A stretch of DNA of 64,000 nucleotides from a virus (Duplodnaviria; Caudoviricetes), in the IMG/VR virus record IMGVR_UViG_3300028591_000082; one strand, written 5' to 3'. Below are positions 1-10,800 of this stretch, one piece after another. The notes under the pieces were generated by a model, which was not told the DNA's origin, made no database searches, and saw only the letters and a list, made by a program, of their open reading frames with translations. How positions within the stretch are numbered: position 1 is the stretch's first letter; every line of letters starts with the position of its first letter. A program made the translations under genes and the position numbers.

Positions 1-1
1 G

Positions 2-1033
2 ATTATTAAAAAGAACCCAGAACTTGCAGCAAAGATTGTAAGAGAGTCTGGAACATCTCTTGTTTCTGTTTATACTCATATTATTAACGCACTTAAAATA
101 GATAAAAAAGAAAAAGAACTTTATAATGCACTTAAAGATGGTAATATGGAACTTGCCAAAAAAATAGTTGCAGAAATTGGTGATGATAGACTTACAAAGA
201 ACTGGGCTGGTGATCAGAAAAAGTTCGAGAAGATGGGAAATCTTAATGATCTTGATTCATACAGAGAGAAAAATTTAAAAGATGTAAAAAAACACATTAA
301 AGGACAATATCTTGATGATGAAACAAGAGATAAAATAAAGGGTTCTAAAGGAATGGGAGCTGGAAATAAAACTTCCGATATAGTTTCTTATAAAAATTTC
401 TCAATTCAGAACATTAGAGATCTTAAAGGATATCCAGATAGATTTATAAATTCTTTATTTGGTGAAAATGGATATATGAACCCTTATGGAATTAAGAAAT
501 TTCCTAAGTTTGTTCAGGTTGCTTGTAATCCACTTTATAAAGGAAATGTAGATTTTTCTAAAGTTGCTCAAAAGGTACTTCCTGAAATTAAACAGAAGCT
601 TTTGGATTCTGGAAAACTTAATGAAAAAGAAGTAAATAAAATTATGGATGCAATGCTTGAAGAAAATGGCGGACATAAAGCAATTTATTCTTTCCAAGGA
701 TTTAGTCAGATTAAAGCACCATATAATATTTCTGGAAAATTCTATGGAAGTTCTGATTTCTTAAAGAGAGTTGATGCTGTAGCAAAGAGTGCAAAAGAAA
801 AAGGAACACCTATAGATAAAGAAAAACTTGATGTAATGAAGAAAAAGGCAAAGATTACAAATAGCTGGGCTGGAAAAGAAGTAGCTGCTTATGATGAGCT
901 CAGGAAAGAGATTTTAAATTTCACTGCAAATAGAATTGTTTATTGGACAAATGTAATGTTCCCAGTAGATAACAATGCTAGAGAAAAACTTAAAATGATA
1001 GATGATAAATTTGAAAGACCTCAAGAAAAATAA
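2..1033 (+). CDS. Lys-rich hypothetical protein, 5'-truncated (possibly an internal virion protein)
   Basis: The frame is open from position 2, upstream of the called ATG at 146, and is followed by a terminator. No recognisable motif. Confidence 0.6.
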   Translation: MIKKNPELAAKIVRESGTSLVSVYTHIINALKIDKKEKELYNALKDGNMELAKKIVAEIGDDRLTKNWAGDQKKFEKMGNLNDLDSYREKNLKDVKKHIKGQYLDDETRDKIKGSKGMGAGNKTSDIVSYKNFSIQNIRDLKGYPDRFINSLFGENGYMNPYGIKKFPKFVQVACNPLYKGNVDFSKVAQKVLPEIKQKLLDSGKLNEKEVNKIMDAMLEENGGHKAIYSFQGFSQIKAPYNISGKFYGSSDFLKRVDAVAKSAKEKGTPIDKEKLDVMKKKAKITNSWAGKEVAAYDELRKEILNFTANRIVYWTNVMFPVDNNAREKLKMIDDKFERPQEK

Positions 1034-1050
1034 TATGCAAAATACTTGAC

Positions 1051-1080
1051 AAAAAAGGGTAGCTTCGCTACCCTTTTTTT
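1051..1080 (+). terminator. Rho-independent terminator
   Basis: GGGTAGC-ttc-GCTACCC stem followed by a T run and preceded by an A run. Confidence 0.85.
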
Positions 1081-1086
1081 TATTAA

Positions 1087-1093
1087 AAGTTAA
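1087..1093 (+). promoter_or_regulatory. Putative phage late promoter AAGTTAA
   Basis: Recurrent motif located just after a terminator and before an SD; see the promoter finding. Confidence 0.7.
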
Positions 1094-1122
1094 ATTTAGA
1101 AAAAGAAAAGGAGAAATTTATA

Positions 1123-2016
1123 ATGGCAGAAAAAAAGAATGAAGAAGTAGTTGAGTCAACAAAACCTGTAGCTCCTATTGATCTTTCAGCTATAAAAAAT
1201 CTTGAAACAGCAAGTGAAAGAGATGAATCTCTTAAAGGAATAAAGAAAGCAAGCGAGATGAGAAAAAAGAAGAGTAAGTTCTGCTTTATGGAAGCAAACA
1301 AAATTCCTCTTCTTTCTGGTGGAAGATATTATCTCGATGCAGAAGATGAAGATTTAAGGAATGGATATATAAAACTTTATCCAATTTCAATGACCGAAGA
1401 AGAGGTTCTTACAAATCAAGCTTATCTTAAGTCAAATTCGGCATTTAGAATTTTGTTTGAAAATTGTATGGCATCAAATTATGATGCTTCAAAGCTTTTG
1501 AGTTATGATGCATATTATCTTCTTTATGCTTTGAGAAATATTTCTTATGGTAGTGATTACAAATTTGACTGTAAGTGCGCTGACTGTGGAAAAGAATTTA
1601 AGAAAGAAATAGATATTGAAGAAGTTGATTGGGAAGAAATTCCAGAAAGCGTAAAGGATATTAATGAAATTAAACTTCCAGTTTCTAATTATACAGTAAA
1701 GATTAGACTGGCAAGACTTGCAGATGAAGAGGAAGCAACAAGACTTAAAACAACAAAGAAATATGAAGATGTTTCAGATAGAGTTGTAAGTTTAGTTGTT
1801 CAAACTTTGGAAATTAAAGATGATAATGGGGAATTGCTTAATCCTAATGACTGGGCAGATTTCTATGAGGCATTGCCTGGAAAGGATAGAGTTGAAATTT
1901 CAAAATGCTTTGAATTTGCAAATAATGTTCCAACAGCGACAATAGTATGTCCAAAGTGTGGTGCTACAAGGCAAGTACCAATTCCAATGGACAGAGACTT
2001 TTTTCGCCTTTCCTAA
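1123..2016 (+). CDS. gp26: Baseplate hub assembly protein, T4 gp26-like
   Basis: Has EEEVL..., YLLYALRNISYG, two CxxC pairs (CADC, CPKC) and a C-terminal ...DFF, at the head of the baseplate cluster. Confidence 0.7.
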   Translation: MAEKKNEEVVESTKPVAPIDLSAIKNLETASERDESLKGIKKASEMRKKKSKFCFMEANKIPLLSGGRYYLDAEDEDLRNGYIKLYPISMTEEEVLTNQAYLKSNSAFRILFENCMASNYDASKLLSYDAYYLLYALRNISYGSDYKFDCKCADCGKEFKKEIDIEEVDWEEIPESVKDINEIKLPVSNYTVKIRLARLADEEEATRLKTTKKYEDVSDRVVSLVVQTLEIKDDNGELLNPNDWADFYEALPGKDRVEISKCFEFANNVPTATIVCPKCGATRQVPIPMDRDFFRLS

Positions 2017-2233
2017 AGGTCATATAAATGAGATAAGATGGAATGCTCTCCAACTTATCCACTATGGCTTTTCAAGGGATGAGGTATATTTTATGCCAAT
2101 AACAGAAATGCAGGATTATATAAAAATAATCAATCAAACATATGAAGAAGAAGAAGCTGAAAGAAGGAGTATAATGGCTTCTTCAAATACATCTACACAA
2201 GAAGGTATTACTTCTGGTATGATAAATATGTAA
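1999..2233 (+). CDS. gp51-like hub assembly segment, probably expressed by frameshift from the gp26-like ORF
   Basis: LIHYGFSRDEVYFMPITEMQDYI resembles gp51-like proteins. No ATG or SD precedes the conserved part, and it overlaps gp26 at TTT TTT C. Confidence 0.5.
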
Positions 2234-2236
2234 AAC

Positions 2237-2266
2237 AAAAGCCAGTTATAAATAACTGGCTTTTTT
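2237..2266 (+). terminator. Rho-independent terminator
   Basis: AAAAGCCAGTTA-taaa-TAACTGGCTTTTTT, nearly identical to the terminator at 62178. Confidence 0.85.
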
Positions 2267-2271
2267 AATTT

Positions 2272-2278
2272 AAGTTAA
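2272..2278 (+). promoter_or_regulatory. Putative late promoter AAGTTAA (leaderless gene)
   Basis: Motif lies 4 nt before ATG 2283 with no SD. Confidence 0.7.
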
Positions 2279-2282
2279 TAAT

Positions 2283-3749
2283 ATGAGAACAGTCCAAACC
2301 AAGACGACGCAAAATATAGGAAATAATCAACAAAAAGTTGTTACAAAAACAGTAACATACATGAAAGTTGGTGATCTTATAGGAACAGCAAAAACAGCAT
2401 ATGATCTTGGTAAAACATTAAGAAGAAAAAAAGGAACAATAGCAAAAACTCTTAAACAATATGGTGTTGGGTATATACAAAACCTTATTACACCTCTTAT
2501 TGCATTAGTAACTGGTATGGATGCATATAAAAAGGTTATGACTATTCTCGAAAAAGTAACCCCAATAGCAAAAATAATTGCTCGTGCATCTGGTATTCTT
2601 CGTTCTTGGGGAAATGCTGGTGATATTGCTGCTATTATTCTTAGTACTGTAAGTAAAATAATTGTTCAACTTGCAACAATATTCCTTTTAAAAATGAAAG
2701 AAATGATTTGGAATTTTGAGTTTAAAATCAGAGAAATTTCAGATCAGTATATAATAGATCAAATATCTATGGCTACAAGAGATACAGTTGATAAATGTAA
2801 TGAAACTGTTACAAAAGATATGAAAGATGCTCCAGATAACATAGATAAAACTACAGAAAAGGACGAAGGAAATGTTGAAGACGGAAATGAACGTAGTGAT
2901 GCTAGTATAGTTATGTCACCTGGTGGAACTAATATTTTATATTCAGAAATAAATGAAGGAATAAAGATTTTCTTAAATGGTGATTGGAGAAGTACAAACA
3001 TTACAGATGGAAGCTTTATGCCTTGTAAGAAACCTTGGAATGGAATTCTGTTTGCTTTTAGTTATGAGGGAAGAAATGCAGATTCTAAACAATATGGAGT
3101 ACTTTATTCATTAGATGATGGAAGCACTTGGTATCCATTAAATCCAAACGATAATAATTATTATGTTTATGATGCTGCAATATTTGGAAATAATATAAAT
3201 TTCAGTCAATATACAGATGTATTAAAATTAAGAACAGATGAAGAAGGAAGTGACCAAGAAGGAAAACTTGAATACGATATAATTTCAGTTCTTGAAAATA
3301 CAACTGGCCCTAAAAAAGTTTATATACCAAAAACTGGAGAAGTTAAATATTATATTATTGGTGAAAATAATGAACTTCAAGAAGCACCAAAGTATACAAT
3401 ATCTTCAAGAACTAGTTTTATAATTAAACCACAAAGAATAATAAGCTGCACATTATCATATCAGAATGATACTTTTGAAATAGGTGCTTTTGATGATGAA
3501 AAAACATCAGATAATCAGTTGGTTGCAGATTTAATGGAACATGATATAAAATATTTTGGAGATACATCTTGTATTGATATTACAGTATTTATTTTTGAAA
3601 GTAATATAGAAGTGCAAAATGATATTTCTGCTGATTTAGGATTATTAAATATGATTGATGTTTCAGAAGATATTATTGGCGTTGAAGCAAGCGTTTATAA
3701 TTCATCTGCTGATATTTATAGTGGCGGTCATTTAATAACAACACCATAA
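2283..3749 (+). CDS. Hypothetical baseplate-region protein with an Asp-box
   Basis: Basic amphipathic N-terminus and an SLDDGSTW Asp-box, within the structural operon. Confidence 0.5.
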   Translation: MRTVQTKTTQNIGNNQQKVVTKTVTYMKVGDLIGTAKTAYDLGKTLRRKKGTIAKTLKQYGVGYIQNLITPLIALVTGMDAYKKVMTILEKVTPIAKIIARASGILRSWGNAGDIAAIILSTVSKIIVQLATIFLLKMKEMIWNFEFKIREISDQYIIDQISMATRDTVDKCNETVTKDMKDAPDNIDKTTEKDEGNVEDGNERSDASIVMSPGGTNILYSEINEGIKIFLNGDWRSTNITDGSFMPCKKPWNGILFAFSYEGRNADSKQYGVLYSLDDGSTWYPLNPNDNNYYVYDAAIFGNNINFSQYTDVLKLRTDEEGSDQEGKLEYDIISVLENTTGPKKVYIPKTGEVKYYIIGENNELQEAPKYTISSRTSFIIKPQRIISCTLSYQNDTFEIGAFDDEKTSDNQLVADLMEHDIKYFGDTSCIDITVFIFESNIEVQNDISADLGLLNMIDVSEDIIGVEASVYNSSADIYSGGHLITTP

Positions 3750-3761
3750 GGAAACTGTTAA

Positions 3762-5573
3762 ATGGAAAGAGGAATAACTACACAAGTAACTGGGTTTGGA
3801 TATGGACAAAATAAAGGAACCTGGAAAACATACGATAATGGAAAAACTTGGGAATATATAGCAGATGAAACTTTGGAGCAGGCATCTATAGGTGGTACAA
3901 CTATATCAAAAGAGGATGATGGAATATATTGTACAAATGCAGATGGAACATCAAAAGTATTTGAGGATAATAATTATAAAGTTTTTACATTTGGTGATAG
4001 TTTTTATTTAGCAAAGACAGATAGTGACGGAAATTTAAACGGTGGTGAATTTCTTACATCAAAAGATGGAAAGATTTGGGAACTTGAAATAAATGGAAGA
4101 TTCTCAAATATTAATGATAAAAGTGGTAAATGTACTGGAAAAGATGGAATTTATGAACTTTCAAATAAAAAACATTATAACGATAAATTCATAGAAGTAG
4201 ATGATTCAATGAATGAAGAAATGTTAAATGTTTTATTCTTATATGCTATAAATTGTATATTCTTACCAGCAGTTTCATTTAAAGTTACTGGAAGCACTCT
4301 TTTTGATGAAGGAGAATATTATGATGATGATCCAAGACAGCAAAAGTTTGTTATAGATGGAGATGAAGTTTATAAATATAATGAATTTTCCAGTCTTATA
4401 GATTGGCAAGAAGATGTTGGTATGTTCTCATTTGAAGGTGTTACTTATAAAGATTTAGTAGACAATGAGAGAATTATTACTGGTGATAGAACATTTAGAT
4501 TAAATACTGATAAAAAATTAAATAAAGCAATAGCATATGTAAATGCATTTTATGCAAAAAAGAAAAATGAACTTTTAATGCTTACGGCAAATAAAATAAA
4601 AGATATAAAACCAGATGGATCATTTAGTGATACAATTGCAAATTTTGACTATGAAAATGAAACAGAGAAAGTGAATGCACTTGAAACTTATTCAGAATAT
4701 GTTCTTGGAGCAAAAGGAGCAGCCATAGAAATATATAATAAATTTCTTGAAGCAACTCATTATTTAGATGATTATAAAGCAAAAATAGTAATAAAAGCAG
4801 CTGTATATGAAACAGTTAGAGATATTGCTCCTTTAGTAAAAGGTAGAATTTATGATACATATGTAGAATCAAAAAAACTTGGAAGAAAACTAAGGGTTGA
4901 TTTCAGTGATATATCTTGGGATTATAATAAGGCATTAATGACTGTATATGTAAGATATCAAAAATATATAAATAGAAATATGGCACGTTTCTCAGAAGGT
5001 GGAGATAAAAATATAATTAAAATAGCAGCTGTAAATTATAGAACTGATATAAGAGATGTGTATCTTGATAAACTTAATAAAAAACTTTTAAATATAAGTC
5101 TTTATGATGATTTGGCAAGACATTATTCTGAAAAAATAACGGAACTTAATAATTATTTAGATGGTAATACAATAGAAGAACCATCACTTGAAACACCAGA
5201 AGACTTTAAAGATTTTTATCTTGATAGATTACTAATGAGAATAGTATACATTGTTAATGAATTTAATCCAACATTCTTTGAATATGATGCTGATTATTTG
5301 GAACTTGAAGAAGATGAAAAAAGAAGAGCTATGGAATACGCTAAAGAAATTTTTTCAATGTTTAAATTAAGAATTTGTGATTATTTCTCATTCTTAAGGA
5401 ATAAAGATTATTTAAATTTTAAAATAGACAACGCAATAAAAACAGATTTTCAGTTATGGAAATCTGGTAATAGTGAGAAAAAACCAAGCTGGGAAGAAGA
5501 ACTTAAAAGGCTTGATGTTTTAGCAAGAGATTCTATAGTTTATATATTTATATCAGAGGAGCATAGAATATAA
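3762..5573 (+). CDS. Hypothetical structural protein with N-terminal Asp-boxes
   Basis: TYDNGKTW and SKDGKIW motifs; helical C-terminal half. Confidence 0.5.
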   Translation: MERGITTQVTGFGYGQNKGTWKTYDNGKTWEYIADETLEQASIGGTTISKEDDGIYCTNADGTSKVFEDNNYKVFTFGDSFYLAKTDSDGNLNGGEFLTSKDGKIWELEINGRFSNINDKSGKCTGKDGIYELSNKKHYNDKFIEVDDSMNEEMLNVLFLYAINCIFLPAVSFKVTGSTLFDEGEYYDDDPRQQKFVIDGDEVYKYNEFSSLIDWQEDVGMFSFEGVTYKDLVDNERIITGDRTFRLNTDKKLNKAIAYVNAFYAKKKNELLMLTANKIKDIKPDGSFSDTIANFDYENETEKVNALETYSEYVLGAKGAAIEIYNKFLEATHYLDDYKAKIVIKAAVYETVRDIAPLVKGRIYDTYVESKKLGRKLRVDFSDISWDYNKALMTVYVRYQKYINRNMARFSEGGDKNIIKIAAVNYRTDIRDVYLDKLNKKLLNISLYDDLARHYSEKITELNNYLDGNTIEEPSLETPEDFKDFYLDRLLMRIVYIVNEFNPTFFEYDADYLELEEDEKRRAMEYAKEIFSMFKLRICDYFSFLRNKDYLNFKIDNAIKTDFQLWKSGNSEKKPSWEEELKRLDVLARDSIVYIFISEEHRI

Positions 5574-7456
5574 TGAATTCGACACAAAGAAAACTTTATT
5601 CACAAGCAATACTTGATGCAATATCTTCTCTAGAAAATGATCTTTCATCTATAACTGGGCAGGCAGATAATGCTAAAAATGATATGAATGATCCAACAAA
5701 AGATGATTATATGGTTAGAGAAAAAACATATGAACTTGCTTCTCAATATTCTGGTACAAAAAACGAAATGCAAATTATAGAAGGAAGCACATTTAAAAGT
5801 GGCAAAGAATATGAGGTATCTCTTCTTAATGGCGGTAATATAAATTATGGTGATTATATTTATGGTAGACCATATGTAACAACAAAAGACTCTGTTGGAA
5901 TTTATCAAAACTGGTTTTATAGATATGGTGAGGCTAACAATAGAGATAAAAAATTTAAATCAGATAAATTTTATGATTCAAAAGATATAAGTCCAGAAAG
6001 TGATAACACAGAATTTGCTCCAAATCTAAAGCCTTGGGAATATATTCAGCAAAATGAAAACCAAGGTTTTATACATGAATTATCTGCTTATATTGGTAGT
6101 TATAATATAATAACAAAAGGCATACCTCATAGTTATAGAATTGGTTATACAACTGTAACTGATAAACCAAAATCTATAACTATAAAAGAGATGCCAGTTG
6201 GACAGGAAAGATATAATTATTACAAATATTCATTTACTGGAAAAAAAGTATCAGAAGGTAGTTGGAATTCTAGCGTAAAAAATGAATACTGGACTGGAAC
6301 ACTTCCGCCATATTCAATAATAGCATTATTTACAGAAGATGAAAGTAAAATTTGTTTTGCAGAAATAGAATATTGTACAGCTACTTGGGAAACTGTAACA
6401 GAATATGAAACATATTGGACTACTGTTTCTAATTCTATGCCATCTGGCGGATGCCCAAGTGGATATAGCTCAACTAGTCAAGTATCTAGTCAAAGACCAA
6501 TTTATTATAAAGTTTATAAAATAGATATGAGGTTTAGAATTGTATCTGATGTTCCATATTATGTTGTAAATGAACCTTATAATACCATTCAGTGGGTTAA
6601 CGGAATACCAACCGTAGTTACTCTTTATAAAGAAGTTCATAAATATTATGACTTTTATCCAATGAAAAAAATTTCAATTGGGGCAAGTTATAGAAGACTA
6701 TTTTCTGAACAAATACAAAAACTAATAAGAGAAAGACTTTTACAACTTTATAGATGCTGCACTGATGAAGGTGGAATAAAGAAATACAATGAATTTGTAA
6801 AAACATACTCAATAGCTTTAAATAACTCAAATTATAATACTGTTTGGAATAATATACCATCTGTACTTTCTTATATTAGATATAGGAATGCTCAATGTCA
6901 TGATGTATGGTCTGATAGATTAATAGCAGAAGAATTAAATGAAGTACTTGAGGATAGATTGGATAAATCTGGTGGAAGTCTTAAACAATGGTATGAGAGT
7001 GCAGTTAGCGTTGATAAAATGGAAAGAGATTATTATGCAAAACTCAAGAAAAAGAAGGGAATGTTCAAAAAACTTTTGGTTCAGCAGCCAGCAGAAGAGT
7101 TTGAAAGCGGAAATCAAATTATAATAGATTATAATTGCTCTGTTTATTATAGTTATTCTCTTGGAAAGTATCCACAATTCAATGTTGGTGATACTGTATA
7201 TGTAAGAGATGAAGAAAATAATGAAACAATGTGTACTATAATAAAAAAAGATCTTATTGAAATAAATGATAAAGCTGAAGTTCAATATGAAGAAGTAAAA
7301 CATAGTGATGGTAAAGTTGAGCAAGTTGCAAAAACAGATAATAATGGAGAACCTATTACTATATATACAAAGAAAAAAGCTTGGCAATTAACATTTAATG
7401 GAAATATACCAACAATTTATGATCCAGATACAATGTGTATTATAAAGGAACTGTAA
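5573..7456 (+). CDS. Hypothetical baseplate-region protein
   Basis: 627-aa ORF translationally coupled (TAATG) to the upstream gene and directly before gp25. Confidence 0.5.
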   Translation: MNSTQRKLYSQAILDAISSLENDLSSITGQADNAKNDMNDPTKDDYMVREKTYELASQYSGTKNEMQIIEGSTFKSGKEYEVSLLNGGNINYGDYIYGRPYVTTKDSVGIYQNWFYRYGEANNRDKKFKSDKFYDSKDISPESDNTEFAPNLKPWEYIQQNENQGFIHELSAYIGSYNIITKGIPHSYRIGYTTVTDKPKSITIKEMPVGQERYNYYKYSFTGKKVSEGSWNSSVKNEYWTGTLPPYSIIALFTEDESKICFAEIEYCTATWETVTEYETYWTTVSNSMPSGGCPSGYSSTSQVSSQRPIYYKVYKIDMRFRIVSDVPYYVVNEPYNTIQWVNGIPTVVTLYKEVHKYYDFYPMKKISIGASYRRLFSEQIQKLIRERLLQLYRCCTDEGGIKKYNEFVKTYSIALNNSNYNTVWNNIPSVLSYIRYRNAQCHDVWSDRLIAEELNEVLEDRLDKSGGSLKQWYESAVSVDKMERDYYAKLKKKKGMFKKLLVQQPAEEFESGNQIIIDYNCSVYYSYSLGKYPQFNVGDTVYVRDEENNETMCTIIKKDLIEINDKAEVQYEEVKHSDGKVEQVAKTDNNGEPITIYTKKKAWQLTFNGNIPTIYDPDTMCIIKEL

Positions 7457-7458
7457 AA

Positions 7459-7465
7459 AAGTTAA
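7459..7465 (+). promoter_or_regulatory. Putative late promoter AAGTTAA (leaderless gene)
   Basis: Motif lies 4 nt before ATG 7470. Confidence 0.7.
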
Positions 7466-7469
7466 AATT

Positions 7470-7814
7470 ATGAGCGAAAGAGGTCTTGTAATTGGAGAAG
7501 GAAAAGGAATTAGTTTTTCCAGTACAGAAGATAAATTAATTCTTGAAAATGTTAAAAGAATACTTCTCACAAAAAGAGGTGAAAGAGTCAAAGAACTTGA
7601 ATTTGGTTCGGATATAAGAGAATATCTTTTTCTTCCAGAAATGAGGATTGATGATATTTTAACAGAAGCAAAGAATAGTATAGAGAGATGTGAACCAAGA
7701 GTAAAAGTTTTAGAGGCAAAACTTATCTATTCTCAAGACGAAGAGTTTAAAATACAAATAACGCTAAAAAAAGTTTCTGATGATAAAATAATTTCAGGTG
7801 AAATAGGATTATAG
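7470..7814 (+). CDS. gp25: Baseplate wedge / sheath initiator, gp25/GPW family
   Basis: ILLTKRGERV..EFGS.I...LF and IERCEPRV motifs. Confidence 0.9.
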   Translation: MSERGLVIGEGKGISFSSTEDKLILENVKRILLTKRGERVKELEFGSDIREYLFLPEMRIDDILTEAKNSIERCEPRVKVLEAKLIYSQDEEFKIQITLKKVSDDKIISGEIGL

Positions 7815-7822
7815 GAGTAATA

Positions 7823-10800
7823 ATGGCTACACAAAGATTAACAGAACTTCCAAATATATTATATGAAGGAATTAATTATGATAATACATTAGCAGAAATG
7901 CTAGAGATTATAGAAAATAATCCAAATTGGAAAGACAATTGGACCAGCTATTATAATAGTGAAGCTGGTTCTATGCTTACACAGCTTATGGCTTGGATTT
8001 CTGATAATCTAGGTGTAAAACAAGACCTTATTTATAATGAAATGTTTATAGGGACAGCCCAATCAGATGATAGCAGAATAATGCATCTTAATCAAATTGG
8101 CTATACTCCAACAATGGCAAAGTCTGCAAGAGGAAAAGTACAAATTGATGTTAACTCATTTTCACAGACAGATATAATTCTTACACCAAGAAGAGACGTA
8201 GATGAAGATATTTCAGAACGCGTAAGCAATATTTTTAGATTTAAGGGAAAAAATATTAATGGCGATGAAACAGATTATGAAATTCTTCAGTATAATAATG
8301 GTAAGCCAGACTATATGAGTGAAGTAGCACTTACTGGTGGTTATACAAGTTTTGATGCAGATATAAATGGTAATGTTATTTATGCATATGAAGGAACTAC
8401 AATATATGAAGAGTTCTATTCTGAAACAAGTGATGGCCCAGTATTTGAAATTTCAAATGAAAATATAGATGATAATACTATCAGAGTATATGATGTAACT
8501 GATAACAACCTTGAATTTTATAAAGTTTCATCATTTATAGATATAGATGCTAAAAATGATAATAAACCAGTTCCATATGTAATAGAATACACAACTGATA
8601 AGAAGTATAGAATAAGATTTGCTTCAAAAGGCGTAATGACATATGGTGGTTCAACTAATTATGGAAGACTATTCCCAGCTGGACATACAATTGGTGTAAT
8701 ATATAGAACAACGTCAGGAAATCTTGGTAATTCGCCTATAGGATTTTTGAAGGCAACTGTAAGCGTAAAGAACAGAAATGGTGATATAGTTCAGATAACA
8801 GTAAATAATACTGAAGCATGTCAAGGTGGTGCAGACCAAGAAACAATCCAAGATGCAGTTCTTAATGCTCCGTTGTCTTTAAGAACAATGGACAGAGCTG
8901 TAACACCTGATGACTTTGACTATATTCTAGGAAAAAATACAAGTATACTAAAAATTAAAACTTATACACCTTCTAACCAGCCAAATAATTTTAAATCTTA
9001 TTTTGGTAGAAATATAAATCCTCAGGAAGCATTTGCTTTTGTTGCATTAAAGAAAAATTATGAAGGCGTACCTACTTCTGAATATAAAAACTTCCCTTGG
9101 ATTACAATGAATAAAGAACAGGTTTTAAATGAAGAATACTGTTTTGATGCTGGTGTATTCAATAAAGAAATTGAATATAGTAGAATGTATAGTAATTATA
9201 AAGTAAAGCTTCCAGGTGGAGAAGATGTTATATATGAAAATGCAAGAATAATTCAAATGCCAGATGATTTCTGTAATCAGATTGCAAGTGGTAATACATC
9301 TGGAATTGCAGTTAAATTAAGTATAGAAAAAAACGAAGAAGATTTCTTTGCTGATATTCCTTTCTCACTTGAATATGATTCAGAAGATTCAAGATATAAA
9401 GATGCAATGACTGTGTTTGAAGAAGAAACTGCTGAAGAAAGTACTTCTATTTTAAGAAGAACAGTTGATAAGCATGCTCAATATATATCATCTGTTGGAT
9501 TTGATAAAAACGAACCAATAAATTGTACTAATGCTACAATGATTATATATATTGATGAAAAGACTGGTGTTACAATTCCTCTTGGTGCTAGAAATAATGA
9601 ACAATGTTGGAGATTTATTACAAATCCAGAAGAAGAGCAAACAGCAAGCCCAGTTGGTTCAAGTAACGAAGGTCTTGCAAAAGCAAATGATGGAATTATC
9701 GAGATGATAAATAAGCAGTTTGTTAATTTGTATACAACAAACGCAGAGTATTCTATGTATGATGCAAATCATTCTTTACAGCTTGTTGGTCTTGACTTTA
9801 ATAGTGCAACAACAACTGCTACATCAACTAAGAATATAGCAGATGAATATAATTCTCAATTTAATAATAATACTAATATTATTATTGGTATTGGTGATGA
9901 TATATTTAGTATAAGAGTTTTAGAAGAAGTAAACGAAAACTCATTTGAAATATATCCAGATTCAATGTATGCAAGGATAGACAGAAAATACAGAAATTCT
10001 GAAAATCAAGCATTTAACGGAAATGAACTTTATAATAATGGCGTTTTGTTATATAATGAAGGAACTCCTAATTATTATATGACAATTGAAAAAACTGACT
10101 TTGGAAATTATAGTAATGGTTCTTTGGGAGATATAGCATATAAGGTAACATATGCACTTTCTAAAGCAGAACAAGCAGAATATGTTAAAATATGGGATGG
10201 AACATCATTTAACGGTATTGTTGATACTGATATTATAAATAAATTAAAATCAATAAGATTAAATGTTATAAGAAAATTTACATTTGATGAAAATTATAGT
10301 CAGACAGCAGCAAATTCATATGATTTAGCATTTGAAACACTTAATGCAAATCCACTTGAAAATGGTGCTTTGGTTATGGATTTTGAACCAAATATATTAA
10401 TTTCAGAAGATATTGGAATAAAAGCAAAGCAGTATTTTGGAACAAAATCAGTTCCTTCTGTTCAGAAGGCTGCAAGTTATTCAAAAATAGCTTCTGCTAT
10501 TTCTGATGGTAAAAAATTACATTTAAAAATAGAATCTCCTATTACTGGAAGTTCTTCTACACTTTATTTCGAAAAGCCAAATTCAAGTTCTAGAGATTTA
10601 CTTAATGATGTATTTAGACTTCCATATGTTGGACAAACAAGTGATAAGGCTATTGGTGTAAGAAAGATAGATTTGTATCTTGAAGATTCTGCTGGTGCAA
10701 TGTTTAAAAAAGATGAAGTAGCAGAAGATAGACCAAAGTCTGGATATTTTGTATTACAAGACAATGTAATAGATTCAGAAGCAAGATATAATAATATTTA

